DNA from: an uncultured Clostridia bacterium
GTDB lineage: Bacteria > Bacillota > Clostridia > TANB77 > CAG-508
Assembly (NCBI GenBank): GCA_947590905.1
Contig: CANQCU010000003.1
Coordinates: forward strand, 18,968 to 82,967
Direction: 5' to 3'
DNA: 64,000 nucleotides
The notes beneath the pieces were generated by a model. It saw nothing but the letters and a program-made list of their open reading frames with translations, ran no database searches and was not told the origin of the DNA. Position 1 is the stretch's first letter; every line of letters starts with the position of its first letter. Below, piece after piece: positions 39,347 through 48,758 of this stretch. The translations under genes and the position numbers were made by a program.

Positions 39347-39409
39347 GGAAAATCAAGTTCTTGTGGTAGTGGTAAAAAGTATAAAAATTGTTGCGGGAAG
39401 AATGCTTAA
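39347..39409 (+). pseudogene. short remnant of a SEC-C-motif protein C-terminus (…CGSGKKYKNCCGKNA*)
   Basis: Translation of 39347-39409 gives ENQVLCGSGKKYKNCCGKNA. The SEC-C metal-binding motif lacks its upstream part. This is a possible target-site remnant at the ICE junction. Confidence 0.3.
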
Positions 39410-39659
39410 ATAGCTTATTACAAGAATTTCAATAATTAAAAAAATAGGTGTCAAAAATCAATTTGTCACCTAAATTATAAAAATATAACTGAAAACTATT
39501 GAAAAACAAGGAGTGTATCCAAAAGAAAATGGATGACACTTCTTTTTCTATGAAAGAAATCAATATTTTTTGTAAAAATATTGAATATGAAGTTAAAAAA
39601 TGATACAATACAAATGTTCGCTAACAATATTAAAACAATTATACGAGGAGGGATATTTA

Positions 39660-40520
39660 ATGGAAAATAGCAAATTAAAAATTATATCAAACCTTTTTGA
39701 AGGATATGAAATACGAAGTATTTGGAATGCTGATAAGGAAGAATATTATTTTAAAATTACAGATGTAATAAAAGCATTAACAGATAGTCCTGATCCATCG
39801 CATTATTGGAGAACTTTAAAATATAGAATGATTAAAGAAGGAAATGAAACCGTCACAAATTGTGACACTTTCAAATTCAAATCGAAAGACGGAAAAATGA
39901 GAAATGCAGATGTTTTAGATACACAAGGAATATTACGTATTATTGAATCAATACCAAGTAGTAAAGCAGAACCATTTAAAATCTGGTTAGCTCAAATGGG
40001 AAAAGAAAGAATTGATGAAGTATTTGACCCTGAAATTGCAATAAAAAGAGCGATTAATTATTATAGAAACCGAGGCTATTCTGATAAATGGATTGAAGCA
40101 AGGTTAAAAGGAATATTGGATAGAAATAAATTAACTGATGTATGGAAAGAAAATGGAATTAAAGATAACTATGAATTTGCAGTATTAACAAATGAAATAT
40201 ATAAAGCTTGGTCAGGTATGAAAGCATCAGAATACAAAAAATATAAAGGAATAAGAAAAGAATCTTTAAGAGATAATATGTCTGATGTCGAAGTAGCATT
40301 AACTGATTTAGGCGAAATAGCTACTAGAGAATTAGCTAAAGAACATAGACCACTTGGCTTAAAAGCAAATAAGAAAGTTGCAAAAGCTGGAGGAGAAGTA
40401 GCAAAAACAGCAAGAGACGATTTGGAGAAAAAATTAGGAAAAACAATAATTAGTAAAAATAATTCAATGAACTATACATATATAGATCAAAAAGTTTTAG
40501 AAGAAGAAAACAAAAAATAA
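39660..40520 (+). CDS. Bro-N domain protein (DinD/antirepressor-like)
   Basis: N-terminal Bro-N pattern FEGYEIRSIWNADKEEYYFKITDVIKALT. RBS gaggaggg lies 7 nt upstream of the ATG at 39660. Confidence 0.55.
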   Translation: MENSKLKIISNLFEGYEIRSIWNADKEEYYFKITDVIKALTDSPDPSHYWRTLKYRMIKEGNETVTNCDTFKFKSKDGKMRNADVLDTQGILRIIESIPSSKAEPFKIWLAQMGKERIDEVFDPEIAIKRAINYYRNRGYSDKWIEARLKGILDRNKLTDVWKENGIKDNYEFAVLTNEIYKAWSGMKASEYKKYKGIRKESLRDNMSDVEVALTDLGEIATRELAKEHRPLGLKANKKVAKAGGEVAKTARDDLEKKLGKTIISKNNSMNYTYIDQKVLEEENKK

Positions 40521-40640
40521 ATACGGTAAAAGCTGAATATAAAATAATTAAAAGTAAGTATAAAAGAAAAAATAATGTTGGTATATAGGACATTCCGATT
40601 ATAATATAATTTAAATAAAGAAAATAAAGAGGAGTGTTTT

Positions 40641-41402
40641 ATGAAAGTAATTAACATAAAAAGAAAAAATATTTTTAAAATTACGGCAATAATAGCATTT
40701 ATAATAGTTATAGGAATATTCACGACATCTTTTGGTATGCAATATTATTATAATGTTGATTTTTCAACAGGACTTGTAACAGCAAGTACGCTTAATGTAA
40801 GAAGCGGTCCAGGAATACAATATAAAGTTATTGCAACTGTAAAGAAAAATGAATATATTAGAGTTTTTGCAGGAGTTGGTGACTGGTATATTGTACAAGT
40901 GGAAGGAGATTATGTTGGAGCAGTAAGTAAAAAATATGTAAAACCTATTTATCCAAACTCATCAAATAGTGGAAATACAAATAGCAGTTCAGGAAATACG
41001 CAAACATCATCATCTAGTATGAATTCGGATGAAAAAGAAGTTTTTAACTTAATTAATCAGCAAAGAATTAATAATGGATTAACAGCATTGAAAGTAAATG
41101 AAGAAGTGCAAAGAGTAGCAAGAATAAAAGCACAAGATATGGTATCAAACAATTACTTTTCTCATACATCACCAACATATGGTTCTCCATTTAATATGTT
41201 AAAGAATTTTAAAGTATCATATAAAACTGCAGGAGAAAACATAGCTGGAAACTCAAGTAATAGTGGAGCAGTTAATGCTTGGATGAATTCATCAGGGCAT
41301 AAGGCTAATATCTTAAACTCTAGTTTTAACTATACTGGAATAGGAGTAGTTAGTAGTTCTAAGTATGGCAAAATTTTTGTGCAGATGTTTATAGGAAAAT
41401 AA
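40641..41402 (+). CDS. secreted/membrane-anchored SH3b + CAP (SCP/PR-1-like, YkwD-type) protein
   Basis: N-terminal TM/signal. SH3b-like block (LNVRSGPGIQYKVIATVKKNEYIRV...WYIV). C-terminal CAP-like block (SHTSPTYGSPFNML..AGENIAGNSS..AWMNSSGHKANIL). Confidence 0.55.
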   Translation: MKVINIKRKNIFKITAIIAFIIVIGIFTTSFGMQYYYNVDFSTGLVTASTLNVRSGPGIQYKVIATVKKNEYIRVFAGVGDWYIVQVEGDYVGAVSKKYVKPIYPNSSNSGNTNSSSGNTQTSSSSMNSDEKEVFNLINQQRINNGLTALKVNEEVQRVARIKAQDMVSNNYFSHTSPTYGSPFNMLKNFKVSYKTAGENIAGNSSNSGAVNAWMNSSGHKANILNSSFNYTGIGVVSSSKYGKIFVQMFIGK

Positions 41403-41408
41403 TTATAA

Positions 41409-41453
41409 AAAGAGACAATGGACTGTGATATCACAGTCCATTGTCTCTTTTTG
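41409..41453. terminator. bidirectional intrinsic terminator (19-bp perfect stem)
   Basis: AAGAGACAATGGACTGTGA-tat-TCACAGTCCATTGTCTCTT followed by TTT. Lies between convergent genes. Confidence 0.6.
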
Positions 41454-41469
41454 CTAGAAGATAGTACAA

Positions 41470-42111
41470 TTAGAAGCACTCAGGGTTTCTTTCTTGAAGA
41501 TCGGCAAACATATCATATTCGCGATCTGCTTTTTTCATAATAGCAGATGCGGTGAAATATCCACCGAATATAGCAAGAATCACGACAAATATTGCCAATT
41601 GTACGACCATAGTGTCGTTTTTCTTCTTGCTTTTTCCTCCAAAAAGAGCTTCTGAGACTCTTCCAATAGCACTTGGTGCGTTTCGTGCTGCACTTATTGT
41701 GTTGTGTATTTGCGCAAATGAGTTCCAACCAGCAGTCAGTCCACTAGACAAAGTCCGGCGTTCAAAGAAATGCTTCAGACTACGAATCCAGATGTAAAAA
41801 CCTGTAGGAATCATAGTTATAACGCAAAATAGATAAATCAAGTCTGATGCCAATTGTTCAAACATCAAAATTGTATTCTCATCTACTTTGGCCATTTGAA
41901 GGAAGATAGGGGAAATGAGTAGTAATATGTAGCCATATACCATAGTGAATCCGGCGATTGCCATAATATAACCCACCACGATATAAGCCCTAAAACTACC
42001 ACCTACTTCTTTGGACTCAGACCAGTACAGACCGACGTACTTTGCATTTGCCCATGAGATCGCAAAGTTAAGAGCAAGTGCGAGCAGTAATAATAAAATT
42101 GCCATAACCAT
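41470..42111 (-). CDS. polytopic membrane protein of unknown function with anomalous (about 40% GC) composition
   Basis: 213 aa with 4-5 hydrophobic helices. Codon usage is visibly GC-richer than all flanking DNA (about 25% GC). Flanked by terminator and promoter regions. Confidence 0.4.
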   Translation of the reverse strand: MVMAILLLLLALALNFAISWANAKYVGLYWSESKEVGGSFRAYIVVGYIMAIAGFTMVYGYILLLISPIFLQMAKVDENTILMFEQLASDLIYLFCVITMIPTGFYIWIRSLKHFFERRTLSSGLTAGWNSFAQIHNTISAARNAPSAIGRVSEALFGGKSKKKNDTMVVQLAIFVVILAIFGGYFTASAIMKKADREYDMFADLQERNPECF

Positions 42112-42377
42112 ATCTCCTTTTTTGTTAATTTTAGCACTTAATTGTGTGCTAATGAAAAATATTGGTTACTATAATATTATAGCATGTTTATAGCAAAAAG
42201 GCAAATATTGTAGGTTTAATGTCTTTTAAATCTTAAATAAATTTAATTTAGACAAAACATAGTTTTTTATAAATAAATATTTACAAAAAAATACAAAATT
42301 TTTACATAAAATATTTTCTTTTGTAATTATAAATGATAAAATCTAAAAGTAATAAAGAGTAAAAAGGATAATAATAT

Positions 42378-43565
42378 ATGAAGCGATTATTAAGAATAAG
42401 TTTTAATCAAGCAATTTTTTCATTTATACCAGTATTATCATGGATTATGCTTGGCTTAATATTAGATAAAAACTTAGCAAATGTTTTTACACTTACATAT
42501 CCGATACAATTTATTTGGATGATTTTTAAATCAATATTTGCCACAGGAGCTAATATTAGCAAAGAAAAAGATAAAAATGAAGATGCTGTATTATCTGGAA
42601 TTACATTAGGAACAATTATAGGATTTATTGTGTTTATTTTTATTGCAATAAATATAAAAAAATATATAGAATTTATGAATATGGATTACAGTACATATAA
42701 AGAATTTGCAATTTATTCAGTAATACAGTTATATATACAGTTAGTTTTCTCTTTTGTGATGGAAAAACTATATTTTGAAGGAAAAGAGAAAATAGCAAAT
42801 AAATATATGCTAACTCTTAACTTATTAAATTTTGGAGTATTGATAGGATTATCTTTGCTTATAAAAAATAGAGCAATAATTGTAGCAATAACATTATTTG
42901 TAATCTTTATATATACTTTACTAATAACAATAAAACAATATAGAAAGTTTAAATTTAAAATTAATTTATTAAAAAATATAAAGTATGAATCAGTTTCTAT
43001 AGTAAGAGATATTTTCTTCTTCATAACATATTTATTTGGGTTTAGTAATGCTTTAGAATTTGGAGAAGAATATATGGTTGCATTAAACTTTGCAGCATTA
43101 GTAACTGATACACAGTGGGATTCTTTATATGCAATAGATACAGTTGCAAAAATTGATATAAGTAAAGGAAAATTTAATTATAAGGAACACAGAAGAAATG
43201 CTTATAAACTGGTAGGAATATTATTATTTACAACTTTCTTAATGGTATTATTTTCATATAGATATTATGAATTAAATTTTGTTATAACTTTAATGTATTT
43301 AAGTGTAGAAATTGTAAACTTTTTATTAGAGCCTCTTTACGAATTAAAAATATGCTATCTACAATTAACAGATAAATTTGAAAGTAAAGTAACATCAAAT
43401 AAGGTGGTAGCATCTGGAATAAGAGTTGTAACATCATTTCTAAAAACACCATTCTGTACTGCAATAGGACAAACATTTTCAATGATAGAACAATATATAG
43501 TTGTAAATATAATATTTTATAGAAACTTTAAAATAAATAAAGATGGAATAATAGAAAAAATTTAA
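42378..43565 (+). CDS. polytopic membrane protein (flippase/MATE-like topology; family not assigned)
   Basis: 395 aa with about 10-12 hydrophobic segments and Lys-rich loops. Confidence 0.35.
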   Translation: MKRLLRISFNQAIFSFIPVLSWIMLGLILDKNLANVFTLTYPIQFIWMIFKSIFATGANISKEKDKNEDAVLSGITLGTIIGFIVFIFIAINIKKYIEFMNMDYSTYKEFAIYSVIQLYIQLVFSFVMEKLYFEGKEKIANKYMLTLNLLNFGVLIGLSLLIKNRAIIVAITLFVIFIYTLLITIKQYRKFKFKINLLKNIKYESVSIVRDIFFFITYLFGFSNALEFGEEYMVALNFAALVTDTQWDSLYAIDTVAKIDISKGKFNYKEHRRNAYKLVGILLFTTFLMVLFSYRYYELNFVITLMYLSVEIVNFLLEPLYELKICYLQLTDKFESKVTSNKVVASGIRVVTSFLKTPFCTAIGQTFSMIEQYIVVNIIFYRNFKINKDGIIEKI

Positions 43566-43584
43566 AAAAGAGTAGGATAGATAT

Positions 43585-44262
43585 ATGTTAAAAAAGTATA
43601 AAATTGGTATTGATATTGATAATGTTATATCAAATTTTGATGAAATATTATTAAAAGAATTTTTAAAACACGATAAAAAATTAAGAAATACTGGAATTGT
43701 AAATAATGATGTTTATATAACAAGAGGCATGTTTGACTGGACTAAAGAAGAATTTGATGATTTCTATTATAACAATATCGAAAGAATTGCTCAAAGCCTT
43801 AATGTTATTGACAATGCACCAGAATATATAAGAAAATTAAAAGAAGAAGGAAATGAAATATATATTATAAGTGGTAGAGATAATGGAGAATATTCTGATC
43901 CTTATAAAATGACAATTGATTGGCTAAATAAATACAAAATAGAGTATGATAAACTTATTCTTACAAATGCTTATGATTCATTAGAAAAAGCAAAGATGTG
44001 CATAAAAAATAATATTAATATTATGATAGATGACTCTATTAGAATCATATCAGAAGTTAATAAAAGTGGAATTACTGCTTTACTCATGGATACCCCATAT
44101 AATAGAGAAGAAAACAATTTACAGAGAGTACATAACTGGAAAGAAATATATGAATTTATTACTAATTTATCACGAGAAAAAATCAAGGTAATTTTAGATA
44201 CAGATACCTATAATGAATGTGATGATCTATTTAAAAAGTTAGGAGAGAGCAGTAATGGATAA
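43585..44262 (+). CDS. HAD-superfamily 5'(3')-deoxyribonucleotidase-like protein (NT5C/YorS family)
   Basis: N-terminal KIGIDIDNVI (HAD motif I, DxDxV). Downstream IYIISGR and MIDDS motifs. About 225 aa. Confidence 0.5.
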   Translation: MLKKYKIGIDIDNVISNFDEILLKEFLKHDKKLRNTGIVNNDVYITRGMFDWTKEEFDDFYYNNIERIAQSLNVIDNAPEYIRKLKEEGNEIYIISGRDNGEYSDPYKMTIDWLNKYKIEYDKLILTNAYDSLEKAKMCIKNNINIMIDDSIRIISEVNKSGITALLMDTPYNREENNLQRVHNWKEIYEFITNLSREKIKVILDTDTYNECDDLFKKLGESSNG

Positions 44263-44902
44263 GATTGTAATTTTTGATTGGGGTGGAGTGATTGAAAGTC
44301 ACAGAGATGGAGAATACAATATAAGAACAGCAGTAAGTGATTTAATGAAAAAATATGGTTGTAAATTAGAAGAAAAAGAAATAACAGAAATCCAGTCAAA
44401 AAGAAATAAAGTAAAAAATGATATTGGAATATCGTCTAATTCTATTTTCTTAGAGAAATGGTTTGAAGAGACAAAAACAAAATTAGGCTTAAATTGCAAC
44501 TTAAATGAGTTTATTAATTCATATTATGAAGATTTAAAAAAAGTACACTATTATAAAGATGTAGTATCTTATGCACATAGTTTAAAAGGAAGATGCAAAA
44601 TTGGTATTTTTTCTAATCTTATGATGATAGATGAGAATAGAATTAATACACAAGTTAATTTAGAAAAATTTGACTTTGTATTTTTATCTTTTAAAATAGG
44701 ACATAGAAAACCAGAAGAAGAAGCATATGAAATAGTTGAGAAAACAACAAAAATGAAACCTGAAAATATATTATTTATAGATGACTTAAAGGAAAATGTA
44801 GAAGTTGCAAAATTAAGAGGCTGGAGAGTTTGCAATGCTTTTGGATATGAATTAGATAAAATAAAAAAAGCAGTTGATTGCTTTTTGAAATATGAATCCT
44901 AA
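44255..44902 (+). CDS. HAD-like hydrolase (atypical motif I: D-W-G-G)
   Basis: VIFDWGGVI at the N-terminus has the nucleophile Asp, but Gly replaces the second Asp. Motif II is IGIFSNLM. Motif III/IV is K...FIDDLKENV. Confidence 0.45.
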   Translation: MDKIVIFDWGGVIESHRDGEYNIRTAVSDLMKKYGCKLEEKEITEIQSKRNKVKNDIGISSNSIFLEKWFEETKTKLGLNCNLNEFINSYYEDLKKVHYYKDVVSYAHSLKGRCKIGIFSNLMMIDENRINTQVNLEKFDFVFLSFKIGHRKPEEEAYEIVEKTTKMKPENILFIDDLKENVEVAKLRGWRVCNAFGYELDKIKKAVDCFLKYES

Positions 44903-44953
44903 ATAGTTAATATATAATTCACTTGAGAAATAAATTTTAGGGAGAAAATTCTA

Positions 44954-46132
44954 ATGAGTAATTATAAAATATTATTTAGTTTAAGAGTATTAAAAAGTAT
45001 TATAACAAGTTTTGTAGATAGTTTTTTAGTATTATATTTTTTGGATATTTCAGATAGAAACATACTACCACTTGGAATATATAAATTAGTTGCAGTAATT
45101 GCTATTTATAGTGTTATATTTTTAACTAGAAATTTTGCAAAGTCAAAAAATAGAGTCAATTTAATGAGAATAGGAATCATATTAGATTTTGTATATTTTT
45201 TAACTATTATATTATTGAAGGATAAAGTTATTAATTATATATATTTAGTTGGGTTATTATATGGATTAGAAGAAGGATTTTATTATTCAGTATATAATAT
45301 AATTGAATCAGATGGAATCACAAATGAAGAAAGAGCAAAATTTACTGGTACATATACAGCAATGAAAGCGACTTTATCGATTATATTTCCATTAATATTT
45401 GGAAGCTTAATATATGCAGAGGGCTTTTTAAAAAGTCTAGCCCTTGTATTTCTAATAGTAATATTAAGAATTATCTTATCTTTTATTTATAAAGATAGGA
45501 ATGTACCTAAAAGCAATAAAACTAATATGAAAAAGTATTTTAAATTAACTGAAAATGAAAAAAGTTTTAATCAAATGTATAGAGTAGAAATTTTTAATGG
45601 AATTGTATATTCAGAAGCTGCCTTTTCATATATAATAACAATATATATAATAAAAGTATTTTCAGATAGTTTTAGTTTAGGAATCTTTACATCAATATTT
45701 AGTATAATTACTTGTTTTATAGGTATTATGTTTGCAAAATTTATAAAAAAGGAACATTATACTTCTGCTATAAAAATATCTACTGTATTTACAATTTTAA
45801 CGTTATTTTTAATGATTTTTAAATGTAATACAATAACAATAGTACTATTTAACTTATTCCAAACAATATTTAAAAATTTAAATGAGTTAATAAATGGAAA
45901 TAATCAATCTAATTTAAGTAATTATAGTAAAATTGCAAAAGAATATAAAACAGAATACTGGCTAACGAATGAAACGTCACTTCTGATAGGAAGAATAATA
46001 AGTAGTGTTTTGTTTATATTGTTAGCATGCATTAATACAACATTAATGATAATTTTGTATGCACTGTTCTTAATAATATATGCATTAAATTCTATAAAAT
46101 TACAAGAAGCAGTAATGGAGGAAGTAAAATGA
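44954..46132 (+). CDS. polytopic membrane protein, MFS-transporter-like
   Basis: 392 aa with about 12 hydrophobic helices in a 6+6 arrangement and a central loop. Confidence 0.35.
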   Translation: MSNYKILFSLRVLKSIITSFVDSFLVLYFLDISDRNILPLGIYKLVAVIAIYSVIFLTRNFAKSKNRVNLMRIGIILDFVYFLTIILLKDKVINYIYLVGLLYGLEEGFYYSVYNIIESDGITNEERAKFTGTYTAMKATLSIIFPLIFGSLIYAEGFLKSLALVFLIVILRIILSFIYKDRNVPKSNKTNMKKYFKLTENEKSFNQMYRVEIFNGIVYSEAAFSYIITIYIIKVFSDSFSLGIFTSIFSIITCFIGIMFAKFIKKEHYTSAIKISTVFTILTLFLMIFKCNTITIVLFNLFQTIFKNLNELINGNNQSNLSNYSKIAKEYKTEYWLTNETSLLIGRIISSVLFILLACINTTLMIILYALFLIIYALNSIKLQEAVMEEVK

Positions 46133-46713
46133 GAATAGGGATAGATATAGATGGAGTTTTAACAGATGATGATACATATAGATTGGATGCAATGGCAAAA
46201 TATTGTTTTGAAAATAATTTACCAGATATAGAAAACCCATATAAATATGAAAATAAATGTAATTGGTCTAAAGAAATTAAAGAAGATTATAGTCAAAAAT
46301 ATTTTTTCGAATATATAAAAAATGCACCAGCAAGAAAGTTTGCTGCAGAAGTAATTGAGAAATTACATAATGAAGGAAATAGAATAATAATTATAACTGC
46401 TAGATATAAAACACAAGAAGATTCAAAAATTGGAGAGCAAATGAGAAATGATACTATTTGTTGGTTAAATAAAAACAAAATTATCTTTGACGAGATATGC
46501 TATGCTCATTGTCCTAAAACTAAAGAAATACAAGAAAAAAATATAGATGTAATGATAGATGATAGTCCAGAAATATTGCCAGAGATAGTTAAATACACAA
46601 AGACATTGTGCTTTGACAATAGATATAATATAAATCTACAATATGATAATATGATTAGGGTTTTTAGTTGGTATGATATTTATAGTAAAATAAAAAATAT
46701 GGAAAAAATGTGA
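46129..46713 (+). CDS. second HAD-superfamily 5'(3')-deoxyribonucleotidase-like protein (NT5C/YorS family)
   Basis: MRIGIDIDGVL (DxDxV), then IIIITAR, then MIDDSPE. A paralogue-like partner of the protein encoded at 43585. Confidence 0.5.
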   Translation: MRIGIDIDGVLTDDDTYRLDAMAKYCFENNLPDIENPYKYENKCNWSKEIKEDYSQKYFFEYIKNAPARKFAAEVIEKLHNEGNRIIIITARYKTQEDSKIGEQMRNDTICWLNKNKIIFDEICYAHCPKTKEIQEKNIDVMIDDSPEILPEIVKYTKTLCFDNRYNINLQYDNMIRVFSWYDIYSKIKNMEKM

Positions 46714-46747
46714 TTAAAGAATATTTTGATATATCAGGCTAAAATAA

Positions 46748-46891
46748 AAATTACATGCAAAATTAAATGAATTATGGCTATATACAAAACATATCAATTT
46801 ATATGAAAAATTTGGATGGGAATATGTTAGAGATATTGATACATATATTGAAGAACAACGAGTACAAAGATTGTATAAATTGAAAATTTAG
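46748..46891 (+). pseudogene. C-terminal remnant of a GNAT acetyltransferase
   Basis: The frame translates to ...AKLNELWLYTKHINLYEKFGWEYVRDIDTYIEE..*, a GNAT-like C-terminus (N..LYEKFGWE). It has no upstream ORF and a stop immediately 5'. Confidence 0.3.
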
Positions 46892-47082
46892 CTTACAATA
46901 ATTTTTAAATATATATTGATAATTAATAATGTTGCCAAACTCAAAAAAATGATGTATAATAAATCAAATATACATAATATTACAGAACTGTTAAATTTCT
47001 ATTACATTTCTGTAAATAGTATTGACTTATCAAATAAATCTAATAAAATATATAATGAGATAAAGAGGCGGGGAGAATATTT

Positions 47083-47632
47083 GAGAGTTATAAGTGGAAA
47101 AGCAAGAGGTACAAAGCTAGAAACGTTAGAAGGATTAGAAACAAGACCAACACTAGATAGAGTAAAAGAACCGTTATTTAGTATAATACAAGCGTACATA
47201 TATGATGCAAAAGTATTAGACCTTTTTTCAGGCAGTGGAGCTTTAGCTATAGAAAGTGTTAGTCGAGGTGCAAAATCAGCAGTTGCTTGTGATAATTCTA
47301 GAAAAGCAATAGAAATCATAAAACAAAATGTCAAAAAAACCCATTTTGAAAATGAAATAAAGATTATAAACAAAGATTACAAAAAAGCATTAGAAGAATT
47401 AGAAAACGAAAAATTTGATATAATTTTTTTAGACCCACCATATAAGACAAACTTTGGAATAGAAGCAATTAAGATTATTAATGATAGAAACTTACTTTTG
47501 GAAGATGGAATAATAGTATTTGAAACCGACCAAGAGGAAGAATATATAGAAGATATAGAAAAGTATGCTATATTAAAAGACTTAAGAAAATATGGAAGAG
47601 TAAAGCTAGCATTCTTAGGTCGAAAGGAGTAA
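47083..47632 (+). CDS. rsmD: 16S rRNA (guanine966-N2)-methyltransferase RsmD
   Basis: RVISGKARGTKLETLEGLETRPTLDRVKEPLFSII...LDLFSGSGALAIESVSRGA...IIFLDPPY. Probable TTG start at 47083 after ggcggggag. Confidence 0.75.
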
Positions 47633-47642
47633 AACGAAAGTT

Positions 47643-48080
47643 ATGGAAATTTTTACATTACTAGAAACTTTGGAAGAAATAATAGAAAACAGTAAATCAA
47701 TGCCTTTTACAAGCAAAGGTATTGTGGATAAAGAAGAAATACTAGATATAATTAAAGAAATAAGAATAAAACTTCCAGAAGAATTAAAACAAGCTAAATG
47801 GGTCAAAGAAGAAAGATCAAGGATATTAGTAGAAGCTCAAAAAGAAGCAGATGATATAGTTAAAGAAGCAGAAAACAGAATAATTGCTATGATAGACGAA
47901 CATGAAATAACAAGAAAGGCTTATGCACAAAAAGCAGAAATAATAGAGACAGCAAATGAAATGGCAAGAGAAATCTCTAATGGAACAAAAGAACATGCAG
48001 ACGCTTTACTTGCAAAAATTGAAGGTGTGCTTGAAGAAACATTAAAAACAATACAAAACAATAGAAAAGAATTGTCGTAA
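47643..48080 (+). CDS. hypothetical coiled-coil protein
   Basis: 145-aa Glu/Lys-rich helical ORF followed by a strong terminator. Confidence 0.3.
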   Translation: MEIFTLLETLEEIIENSKSMPFTSKGIVDKEEILDIIKEIRIKLPEELKQAKWVKEERSRILVEAQKEADDIVKEAENRIIAMIDEHEITRKAYAQKAEIIETANEMAREISNGTKEHADALLAKIEGVLEETLKTIQNNRKELS

Positions 48081-48161
48081 TAGAATTAAGGAAATACATA
48101 TAATAAATTTAAACATAGAAACTAAAACATAAAAATTAAAAGATAAATTAATAATTAAAAA

Positions 48162-48202
48162 CTCAAATTGTTAAATAGAAATAAACAATTTGAGTTTTTT
48201 GT
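48162..48202 (+). terminator. intrinsic terminator
   Basis: CTCAAATTGTT-aaatagaaata-AACAATTTGAG followed by TTTTTT. Confidence 0.6.
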
Positions 48203-48368
48203 TGTACTTGCAAATCCTGCAAAATTTCCACAAAATATTATTTAGTATAGGTAATTAATAATGAATAGATAAAAGAAGACCCCACACTTTAAATTTCTTT
48301 AAGTGTGGGGTAGGAGAGCCCCTTTAACGATGGCGTTCTGTGTCGAATTCACCAGTCATAGAGGCTCA

Positions 48369-48758
48369 CTAACGGCTAAAGTCACAATCCTTTCCGACGA
48401 ACTTGTCGTTTTTGCTTTGGCTGAACTCGAGAATGATGTCATCCTTGCCAAGAGCAAGCTTGACAGATTCAGCGGGCACCTCTTTACCACCTTCAAGGAG
48501 CCCTTGGGGGTCTACATCTATGCCGAGCCTGTACCCGAGCAGAGAGGTGGCTACGTCCATAAGGGCGAGCTTTTGAAGGTTGGGCATCAAGCTGGAGGAA
48601 ATCATACTGCAGAAATCTTTTCCATCAGTAAGAGTCTGGTAAAGAGACTGCAGATGGCGAATTTCCTCAAATGAAAGCTTGCACACGAAGTATTTTTCTT
48701 TCACAGGGTCGAAGCGTATTACCGTGTGCTTTTTGGGACCGATTGTTTCTTTAAACAT
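48369..48758 (-). CDS. orphan protein of unknown function with strongly anomalous composition (about 50% GC), bracketed by its own terminator (48272-48310) and RBS
   Basis: Minus-strand ORF with RBS AAGGAGAG. The second ATG at 48758 is favoured by spacing. A minus-strand hairpin CCCCACACTTAAA..TTTAAGTGTGGGG plus U-tract lies just 3'. Codons such as GGG, CTC and GCC are atypical for this genome. Confidence 0.45.
   Translation of the reverse strand: MFKETIGPKKHTVIRFDPVKEKYFVCKLSFEEIRHLQSLYQTLTDGKDFCSMISSSLMPNLQKLALMDVATSLLGYRLGIDVDPQGLLEGGKEVPAESVKLALGKDDIILEFSQSKNDKFVGKDCDFSR

Noticed and set aside
48303-48674. Plus-strand 123-aa ORF in the GC-rich island
   Set aside because: The minus-strand ORF has an RBS and a cognate downstream terminator. 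The plus-strand ORF has neither. Strand assignment remains uncertain.
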